A stretch of DNA of 64,000 nt from Octopus vulgaris. Its lineage: Eukaryota. Positions 11,799-26,714 of the stretch are shown here, piece by piece. The stretch is taken from NCBI GenBank assembly GCA_951406725.2, contig OX597815.1, forward strand, positions 33,852,001 through 33,916,000, in the 5' to 3' direction. Position 1 is the stretch's first letter. Every line of letters starts with the position of its first letter. A program made the translations under genes and the position numbers. Under the pieces are notes generated by a model that worked only from the letters and a program-made list of their open reading frames with translations, was not told the DNA's origin and did no database searches.

Positions 11799-12229
11799 AT
11801 ATAATTAATGCGTTGCTGTATCTGAGCAACGTGGGACTGGAGTTTAGTCAGATAACAGGATAATGCCATTAGTAGTATAGGTAGGAAGGAAGAGGAGAAG
11901 AACTAGAATAAGGTAAAATAAAAAGAAACAGGATAAGATATAATGAAGTGGGAGAACGGAAGAAAATAAAGTTAAGTGAAACAATATAGATTACAATAGA
12001 GATAGTAGAGTACAGTTTTCTGTAATAGATTGGTGGATATAAGATTTTTTTAAAGGTTCATAGATATAAATGTTTTAAAAGTTTTAAAGATTTATAAATT
12101 TAAAAACATTTTGGAAAGGAAGTGTAAAAGTAGACATATAAATATAAAAGTAGATAGGTAGGCAGATAGATGGGTAAATAGATAAATGAGTTGGTAGCAG
12201 GATGGACAGATAGACCGATATATATATCT

Positions 12230-12962
12230 GAGAGAAATGTTGGGCATAAGAAGCATTGGATGCAGCGTGCAGGACAGACGATTGCGTTGGTATGGTCGTG
12301 TGCTACGGATGGATGAGGAGAGATGTGTGAAGAAGTGCCACTCCCAAACTGTTGAAGGAATCCGGGGTAGACATAGACCCAGGAAGACATGGGATGAGGT
12401 GGTCAAGCATGACCTTTGTACTCTGAGTTTCACAGAGGCTATGACAAAAGACCGAGACCTCTCGAGATATGCTGTGACTTCGAAGACCCGACAAATGAAG
12501 TGAGTTCATGGCTCGCAGGACGGCATGCTGTGCTAACCTTGGATTGCTTACCTTGGATCGTAGAGTGACCCGCTGTTCTTGAGGAGACCTATTGAGTCAA
12601 GTACATCAACATCAAAATAAAAATTCAACTGGAAAATTGTAGTTAAGACACCCATGCTGGTGACATGTAAAAAGCACTGTCCGAATGTGGCAGATGCCAG
12701 CGCCGCCTGGCTGGCGTCCGTGTTGGTGACATGTAAAAGCACCAACTGATTGTGGCCGTTTGCCAGCCTGCTCTGGCCCCTGTGCGGTGGCACGTAAAAA
12801 ACACCCACTACACTCACGGAGTGGTTGGCATTAGGAAGGGCATCTAGCTGTAGAAAAACTGCCAAATCAAACTAGAGCCTGGTGCAGCCTCCATGGCTTC
12901 CAGATCTCGGTCGAACTGTCCAACCTATGCTAGCGTGGAAAACAGGCGTTAAATGATGATGA

Positions 12963-12965
<3 letters not shown>
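12230..12965 (+). mobile_element. RTE LINE 3' fragment
   Basis: ORF 12237-12503 reads RRLRWYGRVLRMDEERCVKKC...GRHRPRKTWDEVVKHDL, followed by the same 3' UTR and (ATG)n tail as the 5722 copy. Confidence 0.9.
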
Positions 12966-12992
<27 letters not shown>

Positions 12993-12995
<3 letters not shown>

Positions 12996-13165
12996 CCACT
13001 ACACATTCTTTATTTTCTCTCCCCGTTTCTTTCTGTATTCCTTTCTGTGGAAGAGTGTAGGCTCGAAACGTTAAAGACTTCTTAACTTCCCAAGCATTAA
13101 ACTAATACATCTGTTTGTTGTCTACACAATCTGTCTTCATCTTTTGATTTTTGTGAATTCTCCTA
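12993..13165 (+). mobile_element. Short (TA)n-flanked element with minimal hammerhead-like motif (CUGUGGA variant) at 13041-13076
   Basis: CTTT-CTGTGGA-AGAGTGTAGGCTC-GAAA-CGTT-AAAG. Homologous inverted copy at about 57163-57345. Confidence 0.6.
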
Positions 13166-13589
13166 TATATATATCATCATCATCATCGTTGTTTAACGTC
13201 CGTTTTCCATGCTAGCATGGGTTGGACGATTTGACTGAGGACTGGCGAACCAGATGGCTGCGCCAGGCTTCAATCTAATCTGGCAGAGTTTCTACTGCTG
13301 GATGCCCTTCCAAGCGCCAACCACTCCGAAAGTGTAGTGGGTGCTTTTATGTGCCCTTGGCATGAGGGCCAGTCTGGCGTTACTGGCAATGTGGTTGCTC
13401 GAAATGGTGCTTTTTGTGTGCCACCTGCACAGGAGTCAGTCCAGTGGCACTGGCAACGACCTTGCTCGAATGTCTTTTTCACGTGCCACCAGCACAAGCG
13501 CGAGTAAGCTGATGCTGGTAATGATCATGCTCAGATGGTGCTTTTTACGTGCCACTGGCACGATGTATATGTATATTTATTTATTTATT

Positions 13590-13619
<30 letters not shown>

Positions 13620-13625
<6 letters not shown>

Positions 13626-14290
13626 GCTGAAGTACCTGGCAAAAATATTACTGTTAATATGATGTCTGTTTATAGCCATGAAACATTTTCCCTAAAATTT
13701 TGACATTTTTCAAAAATTCAAAAACCTGTATTAATGGGTATGACAAATTTGACGCAAAAATGTGCAGAGTCTGGTAGCGAACCTGTGTCATCATCGTTTT
13801 TGTGCATGTGCATAAAATGGTGGAATTTTATGCTTTGGGGCAGATTTTGTCAAATTGATGTCATGACAGCTAGTGTGCAAAATGCCTAAATTTTGATTCA
13901 GAAATAAAATGGTCTTACCTAATCAGAACTTGAAACACCGGGGAATTGAAACAACGAATTGAAATAATAAGTTTTAGCAAATCAAAACAGTTCGCATTGA
14001 AATGAAGAATTAGCAAATGCTAAATAGATTACCATTAATAAGCTATCTGTTTATACCCATTAAACATTTTTCGTTAAATTTTGGCATTGTGAAAAATGCC
14101 GAAATTTTATGATTTTTGAAAGATCGATGGTGATTAAAAATCGATTTTTAAAAAATTCCAAGTGCATAAGTGACCACATGGGCATAAGCTCCTCACATGT
14201 GTCAAGTTTCATCAAGGTCTGTTGGATAGTCTCGGAGGAGTTAAAGTAACAAATTCACAAACGCACAGACTTGTCATTTATATGATGGGA
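13620..14290 (-). mobile_element. Probable non-autonomous Helitron/DINE-like element, degenerate
   Basis: Contains the GTGTCAAGTTTCATCAAGGTCTG...CTCGGAGGAGTT...ACAAACGCACAGAC block typical of such elements. Termini are degraded. Confidence 0.45.
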
Positions 14291-17200
14291 CATATAAAAC
14301 ACCCTCCACACACGCTGCAAAGTTGTTGGCATTAGTAAGGGCATCCAGCTGTAGAAATCATGCCACAACAAACAACTGGAGTTTGGCCAGCTCCTGTCAA
14401 ACCATCCAACCCATGCCAGCATGGAAAATGGATGCTAAATGATGATGATGTTGCAAACTTATATAATATAAGCACAGGCATGGCTGGTTAAGAAGTTTGT
14501 TTCCCAATCACATGGTTTCATGTTAAATCCCACTGTATGACACCTTGGGCAGGTGTTTTCAACTAAAGCCCCAAGTTGACCAAAGCCTGTGAGTAGATTT
14601 GGGCAAAAACCAAAGAAGTTTGTGTATATTTGTGCATTTCTCATCATCATCATCATCATCGTTTAGCATCCGCTTTCCATGCTAGCATGGGTTGGATGGT
14701 TCAACTGGGGTCCGGGAAGCCAGAAGGCTGCACCAGGCCCAATCTGATCTGGCAATGTTTCTACAGCTGGATGCCCTTCCTAACGCCAACCACTCCATGA
14801 GTGTAGTGGGTGCTTTTTACGTGCCAGATGAGGTTGGCAAACGGCCGCGATCGGATGGTGCTTTTTATGTGCCACTGGCACAGAGGCCAGTTGGGGCGGC
14901 GCTGGCAACGGTCATGTTTGGATGGTTCTCTTATGTGCCACCGGCACTGGTATCACAGCTATATTTCTATGTGTGTATATTTGTGTTTCCTTATTTTGAT
15001 ATCCCATGATAGTTGTAAATGAGTGTCACTGTCATTCATTTCCAGTAGTCTGCAAATATTTCCCCATATCTGGCTTTGGGGAAATATTACCATGCTTGGA
15101 AAAAAGATGATGGTTGCTGACATGAATCTGCCTCAATTAGCATGTGATCCATGCCAGCATAGAAAATCTGATGTTAAAAAGGATAATGATGATGAAGATG
15201 ATATGTATGTGTGTGTGTGTGACCTTTTAGTAGAAGGCAGGCAACTTCCAGTAATTAGAATATTTGGAAAACTCCCCTGGAGATGAAACAACCTCAATCA
15301 TTACGAATTAACTGATTAAAATATATTCTTAAATTTCAGACAAGAGAATCAGTCTCATTGATGGGACTTGAACCACATAGCTATTTCTAATTAGGTACCA
15401 TGTTACTGGTTATACTATGGAGTGCATATAACATTTCTTCCTAACATAGTTCATGGAATCATTACTGAGATAGGATACATTACTATGTTGGATATTAGTT
15501 GAATAATCTGTCCCAGTATGAAGTGGCTGACAAGACATCATGTGACAGGATTCATGACTCTAGCAGAGCTGTTCATGTCCAATTTCAGTAACTATTATAA
15601 TTACTTTATGACGCAATTTCTTTATATTCTATATAGACATCAATGTAAGGGATCTGAGTGTATTGCATTTTGGATGTCCATAAGCTAATATAAATCTGTT
15701 TGTAGTAAATATTTTTAATGAAAATCTTGGTGAGTAATGTATAATATCGGTTATAACATGTTATTTAAGTTGCAGTAAATGTATGTAATCTAATCAACTG
15801 CACAACTTTAGTATGATCTTAGCTTGACCTATTTAAAATGAAGTAGTAACATCTTCCTTTAAAAATCTACTAAAAATCCAGCATTAGTTTGCAATTTTAA
15901 TTTTTTTTTGTTTCTGCTTTTTCTTTTTGGTATTTGATAGAGACTAAGTGGACTATTTGTTTTGTTGTTGATAGTGACATGGGTTGATTGATCTGCTTCT
16001 GATCCTGGTGATTTTAATATCACATGAAGATTACATTTGGTTGCTTTTAAAAAGAATGCACCAAGGCAAGCTCACAAAATACTGCTTACAGTGGTGGGTT
16101 TTACTTAGACTAAGTGGCAATGAGTTATAGTAAGTACCTTGGATATGAACACTATTATAGTAATATTGACTAATCAAACAGAAGTCTGACATCTGTAACT
16201 CTACTTATTCCAGTGAGTTCATGAAAAGAAGGCCTCTAAAACATTGGTGTATGTGTCATCACTAAACTTTTGATTGTTGTTATATAATCCCAGGTCAACT
16301 TAAATTGAACATATATATGGCAGGTAAGAAAGCGATACTCTTGATTCAAGTAAACCTTGCATGCATATATTCAGAGCAAGGTGTTCACCTCAAGCATGTA
16401 GAGATTAGCTGCATAGTGTATAGTGTGGCAGTCTGTTGTTTCTATATGCCAGTACATAGTAATCATTGTCAGAGGCAGAGACAGCTATTGTGAACTTGAT
16501 GGAAGTGTAATAGTTGCTGTTCTTTTGTACTTGTTGGTGTTAGTGTACATGTTAAACTCAATTATCTTCTATGATAAGCACCATTCGAGCATGATCGTTA
16601 CTAGCGTTGCCTTACTGGCACTTGTGCTGGTGGCATGTGAAAAAGCATTCAAGCGAGGTCATTGCCAGTGCCGCTTGACTGGCTCCTGTACAGGTGGCAC
16701 ATAAAAAACACCATTTGAGCGTGGCCGTTGCTAGTACCGCCTGACTGGCCCTTGTGCCGGTGGCACGTAAACACACCCATTACACTCTCGGAGTGGTTGG
16801 CGTTACAAAGGCCATCTAGCTGTAGAAACTCTGCCAGATCAGATTGGAGCCTGGTGCAGCCATCTGGTTTGCCAGTCCTCAGTCAAATTGTCCAAGCCAT
16901 GCTAGCATGGAAAGCGGACGTTAAATGATGATGATGATGTAGGTTTGATTACAAGCTAGAATCTATGTCTCTATTTTACTAAAAGTTTCATGACTTTCTA
17001 TTTTCATTTGTTTTGTGAATCTGAATTTTATATATGCACAGTTGTGCACATAAATGAAATCTGCTGTATATATGTATACCTCTGTAGGGGTGAACTGAAT
17101 TTGCTATTAACAATTGTACTATTTGAACTATTTAGATGTTGCACTGGATTTATTGAAGGATCATTTATTTGAGAAGGTTTCCTATTTCATGCTGTTCATC

Positions 17201-20200
17201 AGTGATTATTATTATATTATTAGTTATTTAAAGTTCTTTGGGTGTGGACATTCCAGTAAATCTCTCAGGAGTTTCTGTGAGTCATCATCATTACAGTGTA
17301 TCCATATGACCAACACTTTGAGATGATGACCTTTCTAGTTGAATGTTGCTATATAGAAAGTAAATTTGTTATTGTAAGCAGTGATAACAATATAGAACTA
17401 ACAAGTGCTTGTTCAAATGTTTGCTATACCAGGTTCAAATTCTCATTTGGATAGACCTAGCAATTAGTTAAGAGTTTCTGTGAAATGTTTTAAGTAACCT
17501 CTGATCTGTTTACTACTTTGTATATTGTTGGTAGCACAAACCCACTTCCTACCAAGTAGAGCAATTCTCAGAGGTGGGTCATTAGATTCACTTGACATAT
17601 CATATACAATAAACCATCCCTGCCCTATTGATAACACATAGATTTCCCAATTAATTGACTCACAAATATGAATTACTTACAACTTTTGCATTGTATGGTA
17701 GTGTGGCCTCAATTTTTGTTTATAATTCTGAATTAGAACTATTTCATTTCATTTATTTTGATAATGTCCTTCTTTTGTAATTAGATAAACAAAATCATAT
17801 CTGTTGAGAATATTATAAAAATTATCCCATGTTTTATTAGAACTCTTTTCTTTTTAGGTTTCTATTTTGAGTTTCAATATAAATATTGACTCTATTTGTT
17901 TGGTGTAAACACATCATCTATGCCATTTCAGTACAACAATGAAGAAAATTGGATATATTATTTAGACTATATATACTTCCAGAAATGGAAGACTGCAGCC
18001 GACTCCATAAACTTGGTCATGCTAGGTTGTGGTTAGTTAAAATTGTGTGTTTGATATTGTTTGAACTGCTTTGTCAGCAGAAAAGGTAGCTTCCTCCCCC
18101 CTTGTTCACAGGACTATTTGGTCTCTTAATTATGTAACAACTTGTGCAAAACAAAACCTTGTGGTCTTTTAACCATTTAGTTACTTGGCAAAATTGTTAA
18201 CAGTCTGATGACCTATGAAAAACAAATCAATTTGGTGCGTTTGTTGTTAAAGACATATGCTCTTCGCTCTAAAGATAAAGAAATTTCGAAACCCTAAGAG
18301 AATTATATATTATACATTTGAAAATGAAATGTACAAGTAAAGCATTGATATCACAAACTATTAGAAAGTAATAATTCGGAATAAGAAGTGATATAAGCAT
18401 AGAGAGAACCTATTTACTCTTCTTGTTTGGGGCAACCTTTGTAGTGCTAGTGGTATGATAAAATGGATCCAATCTACATTGTAAGATATACACAACAAGA
18501 AATTTGGCCAGTTTTCTCTGTTGTGTTGAGAGCAAACTGATGCAAAGTGCAACAAATGACAAAATCTGTCCAACCATAACAGCATGGAAAAATAGGCACA
18601 AAATGATGATAATGATGATAGTCAAATGTTTTTAGACAATTTAAAATATTTTCTAAATTATACAGTTTGCTCGTCATCATTGTAATTGTTGATGTTGTCA
18701 TGGATTAAGTCTGCAATTCAGCATCTGCTCTTATATCTCATTTCTTTGTTGCTTTAGCCATGGAATAATGTTATGGAGCTGTGGAGTTAGATTTGCAAGC
18801 AATTATTGAGTTTCTGTAGTCAGAGTCAGTAAAATTGTATCTATTCCGAGTAACCCAATAGCTGTTTCTGACTCCAATTGAAATTAAATTGTAATATAAT
18901 GCTCATGGTATTGTGTCTATGATGTAAAAAAAGAAATAAAAAGAGATACTCAAGTCTACTATTTACATCGATTCAGTGAACTGAATATTTTTAAAAAGTG
19001 ACCAAACAGAGGCATTCTTTAAAGTAGCCATTTGCATGAAATAATTACTTCCTGAATGTTACTGAAATACAGAACAAAGAAGTTCAGAGCATTTGTTACT
19101 CAAAATTATCCTTTTCATTGAGGACTTAGACTTCGAAGCAAACTTAGTGAAAATGGAACATTTAAAAGTAAAGTGCTACTGCTTAAATATCAGAAAACAA
19201 CCAGTCAATGTTCAGATACAGAAATTCCAGTAAGATTTTTCAAATGAATTATAAGAAGTAGAAAAATATGACCACTCATTGAGAATGATCTTTGTTCACC
19301 CACAAATTGCGATGTAGCTGGGGCAACTATGACATCCACTTAAGTCAGTGGTAAAAATTTATTCACTTAAATCTTATATTCAAACAATGGCTTAATCACA
19401 GAAACAAAGGCTTTTGTAACTAATTGAGTTTATTGCATTTAAAATGGTCATCTGTTAAATTGCTTTACGTGTCAGTCTTTTAGTTTTAACATAGGTGTAC
19501 TTGAGATTTTTGGACTGATAAAGAGAGATGTTCCTGATTTTCTTTTTGAATGTTTTTTTAGTTTATCCTTTTACTATGAAGTCTTCTTGTACTTTCACTT
19601 GCAGTTGATTTCTCCAGTGCATCTGATACATTTAAAATGCATTGGATATATCAAATGTCATCATTGTTGGATTTTTGTCCACTTCTTCCACATCGACATG
19701 GGCTCAACAGATTTGCAACACGGCAGTCTTTTGTGTATCTTGACTGCTAATACTTTACATTATCCATTCACTGACTCATTAATGGTGTTTTTAAGCTTAT
19801 GTTTTGCTTTTGTTCTTTTTTTCACTGAATGCTGTTCTTCTTGTCAGCCAATGTTAGGCTGACTATGTATGTTTCCATTCAACAATGAACCAGGTGCTAC
19901 AGTATTACGGTTTAAGTAGTTTCGTGTCTGATCACTGTTAGAGAGATAGATAAGTGTTGTGCTATATAGGATAATATATCTAATCTCTAGAAGGTTAGTA
20001 TTGAGAGTGCTAACTTAGGAAGTGAATAACAGTGATATATGGTTTTGTCAATTCAAAGGCTATAATGCTTAAAACAGACTACAGGTTTTGGAGATTGATT
20101 TACCTTGACTTTACTCACTTGGTGTTTAACTACTTATGCTTTATGCTCTGCATATAGTGGTGGTCAGCTGCCACTCCTCACCCCTTCCAGGTCATGTCTC

Positions 20201-23200
20201 AAGACATATGTGCTTGTTGCTGCCATAAAGGGTTCAGCAATACAGATTCTGACCATCCTTGTATTCATTTCTTCAGTGATATGATCATCTGGGATAATAT
20301 AACTAAACACAACTAAATACTTGTACAGTTCTCTGGTCTCTCCTATTTTCTCTTTGTTGCAATGTTAACTGCCACAGAAGTATATTTTCAATTAGAATTT
20401 CTTTTCATATGTTATTTTTTGTATGATGTGTATATGTTTTGTATATTATCTTGTGCCTAGTTAAGTATTGTTGTTTTTGCAATTGTCAATGTTGTTGAAT
20501 ACTGATCTACTGATGCAGGTCAGTGCTATATTATTTCTTCCTGGGATAATAGTTATACTAGTCATTGTGTAGTAGTGACCTTATTTTTTCTCTTGACTAT
20601 TGTTGACTAATGTTATTTTTCTAACAGAGAATAAAAACAACTTACAAATGAATTAAAACCTTGACCTTTAGTTTTAGTTTTCTTAGAACTGATGTAGACA
20701 GGAAACTCCAGACTGACTTGTTCTTTGTCGAGAAAATTTTATATTTCAAGGCTTTTGTGAAAACAGAATTTAAAAAATGATTTAGTATTATAGAAGCTTC
20801 AGTTTCTGGTGGGAAAAAAAAAAAACTTTTAATTTTCCTTATCATCAGCTGAGATTATTAGGGAATGACTATGATCTCTGAGATAGTTTTATGATAAACA
20901 CAAAAAAAAAGTTTCTTATTATGTTAGTCATAATCATGTCAGGATGAATAGCAGCTGTGAAATGGAGATGTTTTGGCAATGACTTCTGAACATTTGCTGT
21001 GTTGATTTTCTATACTGCAAAAAAAAAAAAAAGCCTTGTTATTTTGGAGTGTTGCTGCCTGTCATTGTTGCTTGTCCCCAGCTGTGATCTCCTTGTCTTT
21101 TATTTAGAGCTGTATACTTTGTACTGCATTATATAATGTGGTCTTTCCATCTTTAAGATGCTAGGGTATGATTTGCAGGAAATTTGACTACTATTTCTAG
21201 CAGATCAAGCAGCCACATTGAGGTTCCCTCATTGATTTTTTGTTACTGATAGAAGTGTGCAAACTAATTGGCAGGAGCCAAGATTGTAAATATTGTGATT
21301 ACAAAATGAAAAACTAAAGTAAAGTGGTATTATCAAGAGTACGTGATAAGACATATTAGAAAGGAGGTTATTGATGCAATTGGTAGGGGAGATGACAGCT
21401 TCTTAGAGAATGTATAAGTCAGTGGTGTTGCAGACAGAAAGTACTCTACATGACTGCTGCATTGGAGCACCTCATGAGAAAACAAAAATTTCCAGTTGTT
21501 AGGTCAAACATATAATCAATAGGTAGGGATTTAAGCCAAGATTTCTTGATGCGAAACTCTATGAAAAACTGTACAGATGTTCACAGTAACAATGTAATGT
21601 TGTCAGATTCTCAAGGGCAAGGAATTACTGGTGCAAGTCATTAAGGAATCTGGATTTCACTAATTTCCACTGATGGTTACTAAAGAAGGAATGATATTTT
21701 GGATATATTTGGACTGAGAACAGCAAGTTTATAAATGGCTGCATTAAAGAGGTTGTGTTCATGAGACACACAAGTGGTTGCTTATGTATTCATTTGTAGT
21801 TGTTTTTTGTTTTTTTTTGTTGCTGTTTTGTTTTTGAAGCTGATGTTAATAAGATCTGACATTGGCTATGATTGATGAAGCTGTGATCTAGCTATGCAAA
21901 TATTTGAGTAATATGAAGTTTTTACATGTTTTTTTATATATTTTTTTTTTATCAGAGAGGAGGAGAGATAGTGTCCAGACCCTCCTAACTGTTGAGATTT
22001 ATAAGCGGAGAGAAAGTTACAGAGGCTGACTGTTCTTTGAGGAGGGGCAGGAGTGGGAGAAGTATTCAGTGCAGAATTTGGGTGATGAGACATGATAGGG
22101 ATGTAGGACAGATTGGTGTGTGGAATGGGTATATGTGAAAGGGGTATGCAGCTAATGAGCTTATGCTTGCAATGTGAGTGAATTCTTGTTAATCAGAGGA
22201 ATGGCTTATTTGAATGCAGTTAAGACTGTTTGTTGCTAACTTACTGTGTAAAATATCTAAATTGGTAATATAATTCTTGTTATGAAAGAATTCCTTTTCT
22301 CCCTTCATCACTTCACTGCCACATAAAGGAAAACAACTTCATGTTCATTTAAAATATCTTCCCCTCTCGTTACGCTTTTGTATCAAACAAGAATGGCTTG
22401 ATAGTTATCATAACTAGGTTATGAATGAAAACATACAATAACATAGCTAGGTAAGTGCGGGATACTGTACTTAAGGAAGGTGAGGTGAACCAAAAATAGC
22501 TTTTAATCAATTCAAACTATAAACCTTATGAGAAATTGAAAATAAATAATTTGTGTTAATAAAAATTTAATTTGATAATGGGTAGAGGAGAGAACTCTCA
22601 AATTTTTTATCAGCCAAGAGTTAAAAGGTGTGCAGTGTGATTTCTGGTAGTGATGGTAACACATCTGAACATGTTTAGCTTTATTGGGCCTCTTCAGCAA
22701 AGTGTATCTTACAGAATGGTTACCAAGATCTTAATGTAGCTAGTAGAATCAGCATTTTGTGAGAACAACATTCACTTGTTAGGCAAATGAAGTGATTCAC
22801 TTTGGAAAATTCCTCATGGGTGACAACTATATGCAGGTTACCATTCTTGAAGTGGTGAAGCAAAAATACTTTTTAATTAATTTAATTCGCCTAATAAATT
22901 AATGCGTTTCAGAAAATCTATTGAGGGGGTTACCTTTTTGCTTAGGAGGTAAAAAGTGAACCAAAATATGTCTTGAATGGTCAATGGAGCTACCAAAAGT
23001 CAAATTCACTTCCCCACAATTGCATATTGCTGATGAATTTTTGGCTGATTGAAAATTCAGGAGTTCACTCCTCTGCCTTTTCTGAGAATAAATATTCATT
23101 AATATTGATGAGTTTTGTCTCATTAGAGTCACAATTTCAATTCACTAAAAATAATTATTTAGTTCACTGCATTAAATTTAGTAGTTTCTGTAATCTTTGT

Positions 23201-24059
23201 ACAGAATTCAGATTTGGTAAATTTTACTATATCATAGCATAGCTATGTATGTAGATGCATAAGTTCCTAATGTAACTTAATTAAGACAACCCTGAAAACT
23301 AAACTATGAAAGTATAAGAAATTTAATTTCTCACACCACAATAAAAGCAATATACACTGAAACACGGCTCTAATGAAAACAAATTGCCTTAAGTGTAGAG
23401 AGGAGTAACACCTCATGTTCTGGTGCCACAATATATTCACTTTCATTATAATGACTAAATCTGGTGTTTGAAAGAACATCTCAGCTACTAGACACTATGT
23501 AAATAAATTCAAATTTTGTGGCTGAACGTAAGGTTATGAGTGTTACACTGTATAAGTATCTTGAAGTATTAGAGGCAACAGCTGGATTACTTGATACAAT
23601 CCAAGTCAAAACTACTTGTTTTGTCTGACCTATTCATTATGCACTAGTTTGATAATTTTGATCAGTATATAAGTATTATACAATTACTACATGTAACAAA
23701 GATTCTTTTTTTTTCCTGAACTGGACTTAACCAAATTTTTTCATTCTGACAGCCAGCTGTTTTAGAATTTTTTTATTTTATTTTTTTTTATTATCTAATT
23801 AACTGTTCATATTCTTAATGTCTTTCCAAAAGAGAGAAAAAAAAATTATGTAGGAATCTAATAGAAATGGTCTCTCTTTTGATTACATTTATGATTTGGG
23901 GTAGTCAGTATTTTAGTAGTTGTTGATCAGTTTTGTCTTGTCTTGCAGATTTGGTCTAATGTCTCATTATTCTTTTACTGGTTCCTGTCAATGAACTGTG
24001 AATATGCTGAGGCACCACTTTCAAGGAACTATGTCAACTCCAGTATTTATGTACTTACT

Positions 24060-24620
24060 TCAAAACAAAAGTCATGGTGGTAGGAAAAGAGAAAGTAAAC
24101 AATAACATTAAACTGGGCTGTGTTCGGATCAAACAAGTTGGATTGTACAAATATCTTGCAACCCAAATCTTTGATGAAAGCAAATGTAAGAAAGAAATTA
24201 GGACATGGCAAGAACGTCTATGGAAAAGCTTAATAACATCTGGACCAACAAAAGTGTCTCGACTAAGTTAAAAACAAGGCTAGTGTGAGTGCTCATTCGA
24301 CTGATAGGAATTTATGGTTGTGAAGCATGGACTCTGAACAAATTTGAAGAGAGCATAATCACTGCGTTTGAAATGTCATTTGAAATGTGGGTGTATAGGA
24401 GAATATTACAAGTCTCTTACAAGAACCATTGGACAAATGAATGGATGTTACAACAAAGTAGGGGAAAGACAACCCCTGAACATAGTGAAAAAAAAAAAAG
24501 AAAAGAAAAAGCTTATCTATTATAGCTATATCTGAAGAAGCAGAGTTCTGGAAAACATTATCATAGAAAGAAGAGTAGAGGGAACAAGATCAAGAAGCAG
24601 GCAAAGAGCACAAAAAATGC
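24060..24620 (+). mobile_element. Old RTE-like LINE fragment
   Basis: KTKVMVVG...YKYLATQI..ESKCKKEIR and IYGCEAWTLNK...FEMWVYRRILQVSY occur in broken frames. Confidence 0.7.
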
Positions 24621-26461
24621 TTTTTTTTTCTGGGCTCAAATCTCATTTGAGGCCCATGAAAAACGAACCTCCACCAACTATTTTGCCTATATATTTGTAC
24701 ACACCTTTCAATGTTGTATATGCCATAAAGTCTGCAATTCTGATGGAGGCTTTGAAAGACATTTTAAGATACACAAAGATCAGAACTTAACTGCAGCTCT
24801 CTGTGGTCCAGATTGGATATGCAATCTATGTGGGTGTATTTTCAATACATTGCCTTGTTTAAAAAGCAACATCAGATGCCATGATGAATCTATGGTGTAG
24901 GTACAAGAGGTGCTCAGACTCTGCATAAGGAGTTGACAACCACCGTGTGTATGTGTATATATGTATGTATGTATGTATGTGAGTGAGTTAGATAGTCAAT
25001 CAATCCAACCAAATTTCACTTACAAACCATCGATCAGCTTGATGTGGCAAAAGAAGGCTCCAGCTCAAAGTTTTGCAGCACATTGATATTGAATTTGGAA
25101 CTGAATTTGTTGGTTATACCATAAAGCATTTCTCTCTCAGTTCATGAATTAGTCTCTTCTCATTGATCTTCAATCCATTGCAAAGAGATGTCCTCATGTG
25201 CTTTGTAGATATTGTTTCATCACTTGAAGTATATTGTCTTCTACATCCTTTCTCTCTTTTCAAAACTATGGGCAGTTCCATCTACTTTCAAATGGTCTCT
25301 GATTAATAGGCATATTATTACTTAACCTTTGCTCAGTCTCTTTAAAATTGCTTCTGTTCCAATAAACTCACTAACTTTGTACTCCTGTCCTCTCCACCTG
25401 TTACTCTACTTTCTGTTTCCTTATACCTCACACACTCGTACAGCTTGATACTCTACCTAACACCTGTACACTCTGTAAAGTGGTTGGTGTTAGGAAAGGC
25501 ATCCAGCTGTAGAAATCATGCCAAAACAGACATTGCAGCTTGATCTCTTGTTGAACCTTCCAACCCATGTCAGCATGGAAAACAGATATTAACTGATAAT
25601 GATGATGTGTATGTGTGTGTTTGTCCCATTACTAAGAGATGATATCAAAGTTAAAATGAATGTTAATTGTGGTGATGGTTTTAGCTGGGTGTTGATCACA
25701 AGTAGTGAAGGTGTTTTGTGCACATTTACCAAGGATATGTACTGTCTGCTTTGGTGCTGTTAATTGAGATTAAGCTGTTGAACTTCAGTTGTAATTTTTT
25801 GTAACTAAGTCTTTGTCAATTTTGACCATGCAGGACTTGAAGGAGCCATTACAGGTTCATAAAAGTGAAATACAAGGGCAAAACAGAAAGAATGTAGGAT
25901 GATGTCATTTGCATAGAAATGAATAAGGGGTTTAACATAGGATGTTACATGATCATTCTCTGATGTAGCGTTTCTGGCTCTTTAGCCTTCTTCAATGGGA
26001 AATACCGAAGAGAGGTAACTCCGAGCAGATTTAACACCAGTCAAAAGCACAGTCTGAGTTGCTTTGTTGGACCACCCGGTCGGGAGACATTCAGTGTCAA
26101 GTATCAGTGCCAAGCAGTAATCATGAATATGCAAAATTTAGGTTAGTTAAAATATGTTCATGACATATTTCAACTTACAATTATAAATGTTATTTATTAG
26201 TCTCTAATAAATTGTTTTGCTTCTCATTTTCAGCATAAATTTGAAATTCAAAACAGTGTTACTTTCTTTTTTGTTAAGTATGTATTAATTTTAAGAGAAC
26301 CATTGTGTATGCATGTTTTACATGTGAATTATATCATCATATTTTCAACTACAAACAGCGATAGTTTGCTATATATGTTTGCATGTCACTGTATTTCTTA
26401 TAATTAAAAATAGAAGGCAGTTTTCTGCAGCAAGTGATTAACTAAATTGTTTCTATTTCAG

Positions 26462-26538
26462 TATTTTGATCACCCTGTATTGTCCACTGTAGAAGACAAA
26501 GTTGGTGAAAGTTTCAATATAATTGAAGACAGTAACAT
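26462..26538 (+). CDS. PDXDC1: PDXDC1 orthologue, internal coding exon (77 nt, phase 0-2)
   Basis: Acceptor ttgtttctatttcag, donor gtgagt. Encodes YFDHPVLSTVEDKVGESFNIIEDSN(M), which aligns with human PDXDC1 IADPTLAEMGKNLKEAVKMLEDSQR as recalled. Joins in frame to exon 50457. Confidence 0.75.
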
Positions 26539-26714
26539 GTGAGTAGTGTCTTGCACAATATATGTTTTGAATGCAACTTTTGGTAGTTGGTGGTGGGGGA
26601 GGAGGATTGGTTGTGGATGAGGGTCATATTATTGACCTCATTTACTTTATTCATATTATCAAATTTAATTCCAGAGAGGCAGCAATATTGGTTGACTGTC
26701 TTTTTTTGTATTGT

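Noticed and set aside
25955-26010. Hammerhead-like motif on the minus strand (TTGAAGA-AGGCT-AAAG-AGCCA-GAAA-CGC)
   Set aside because: The core lacks C3, and no stem I or clear NUH could be built. At most a remnant.
25986-26141. Possible exon ending TTTAG|gttagt upstream of exon 26462
   Set aside because: The phase-0 frame ends in a TAG stop, the other phases do not join exon 26462 in frame, and there is no PDXDC1 similarity.
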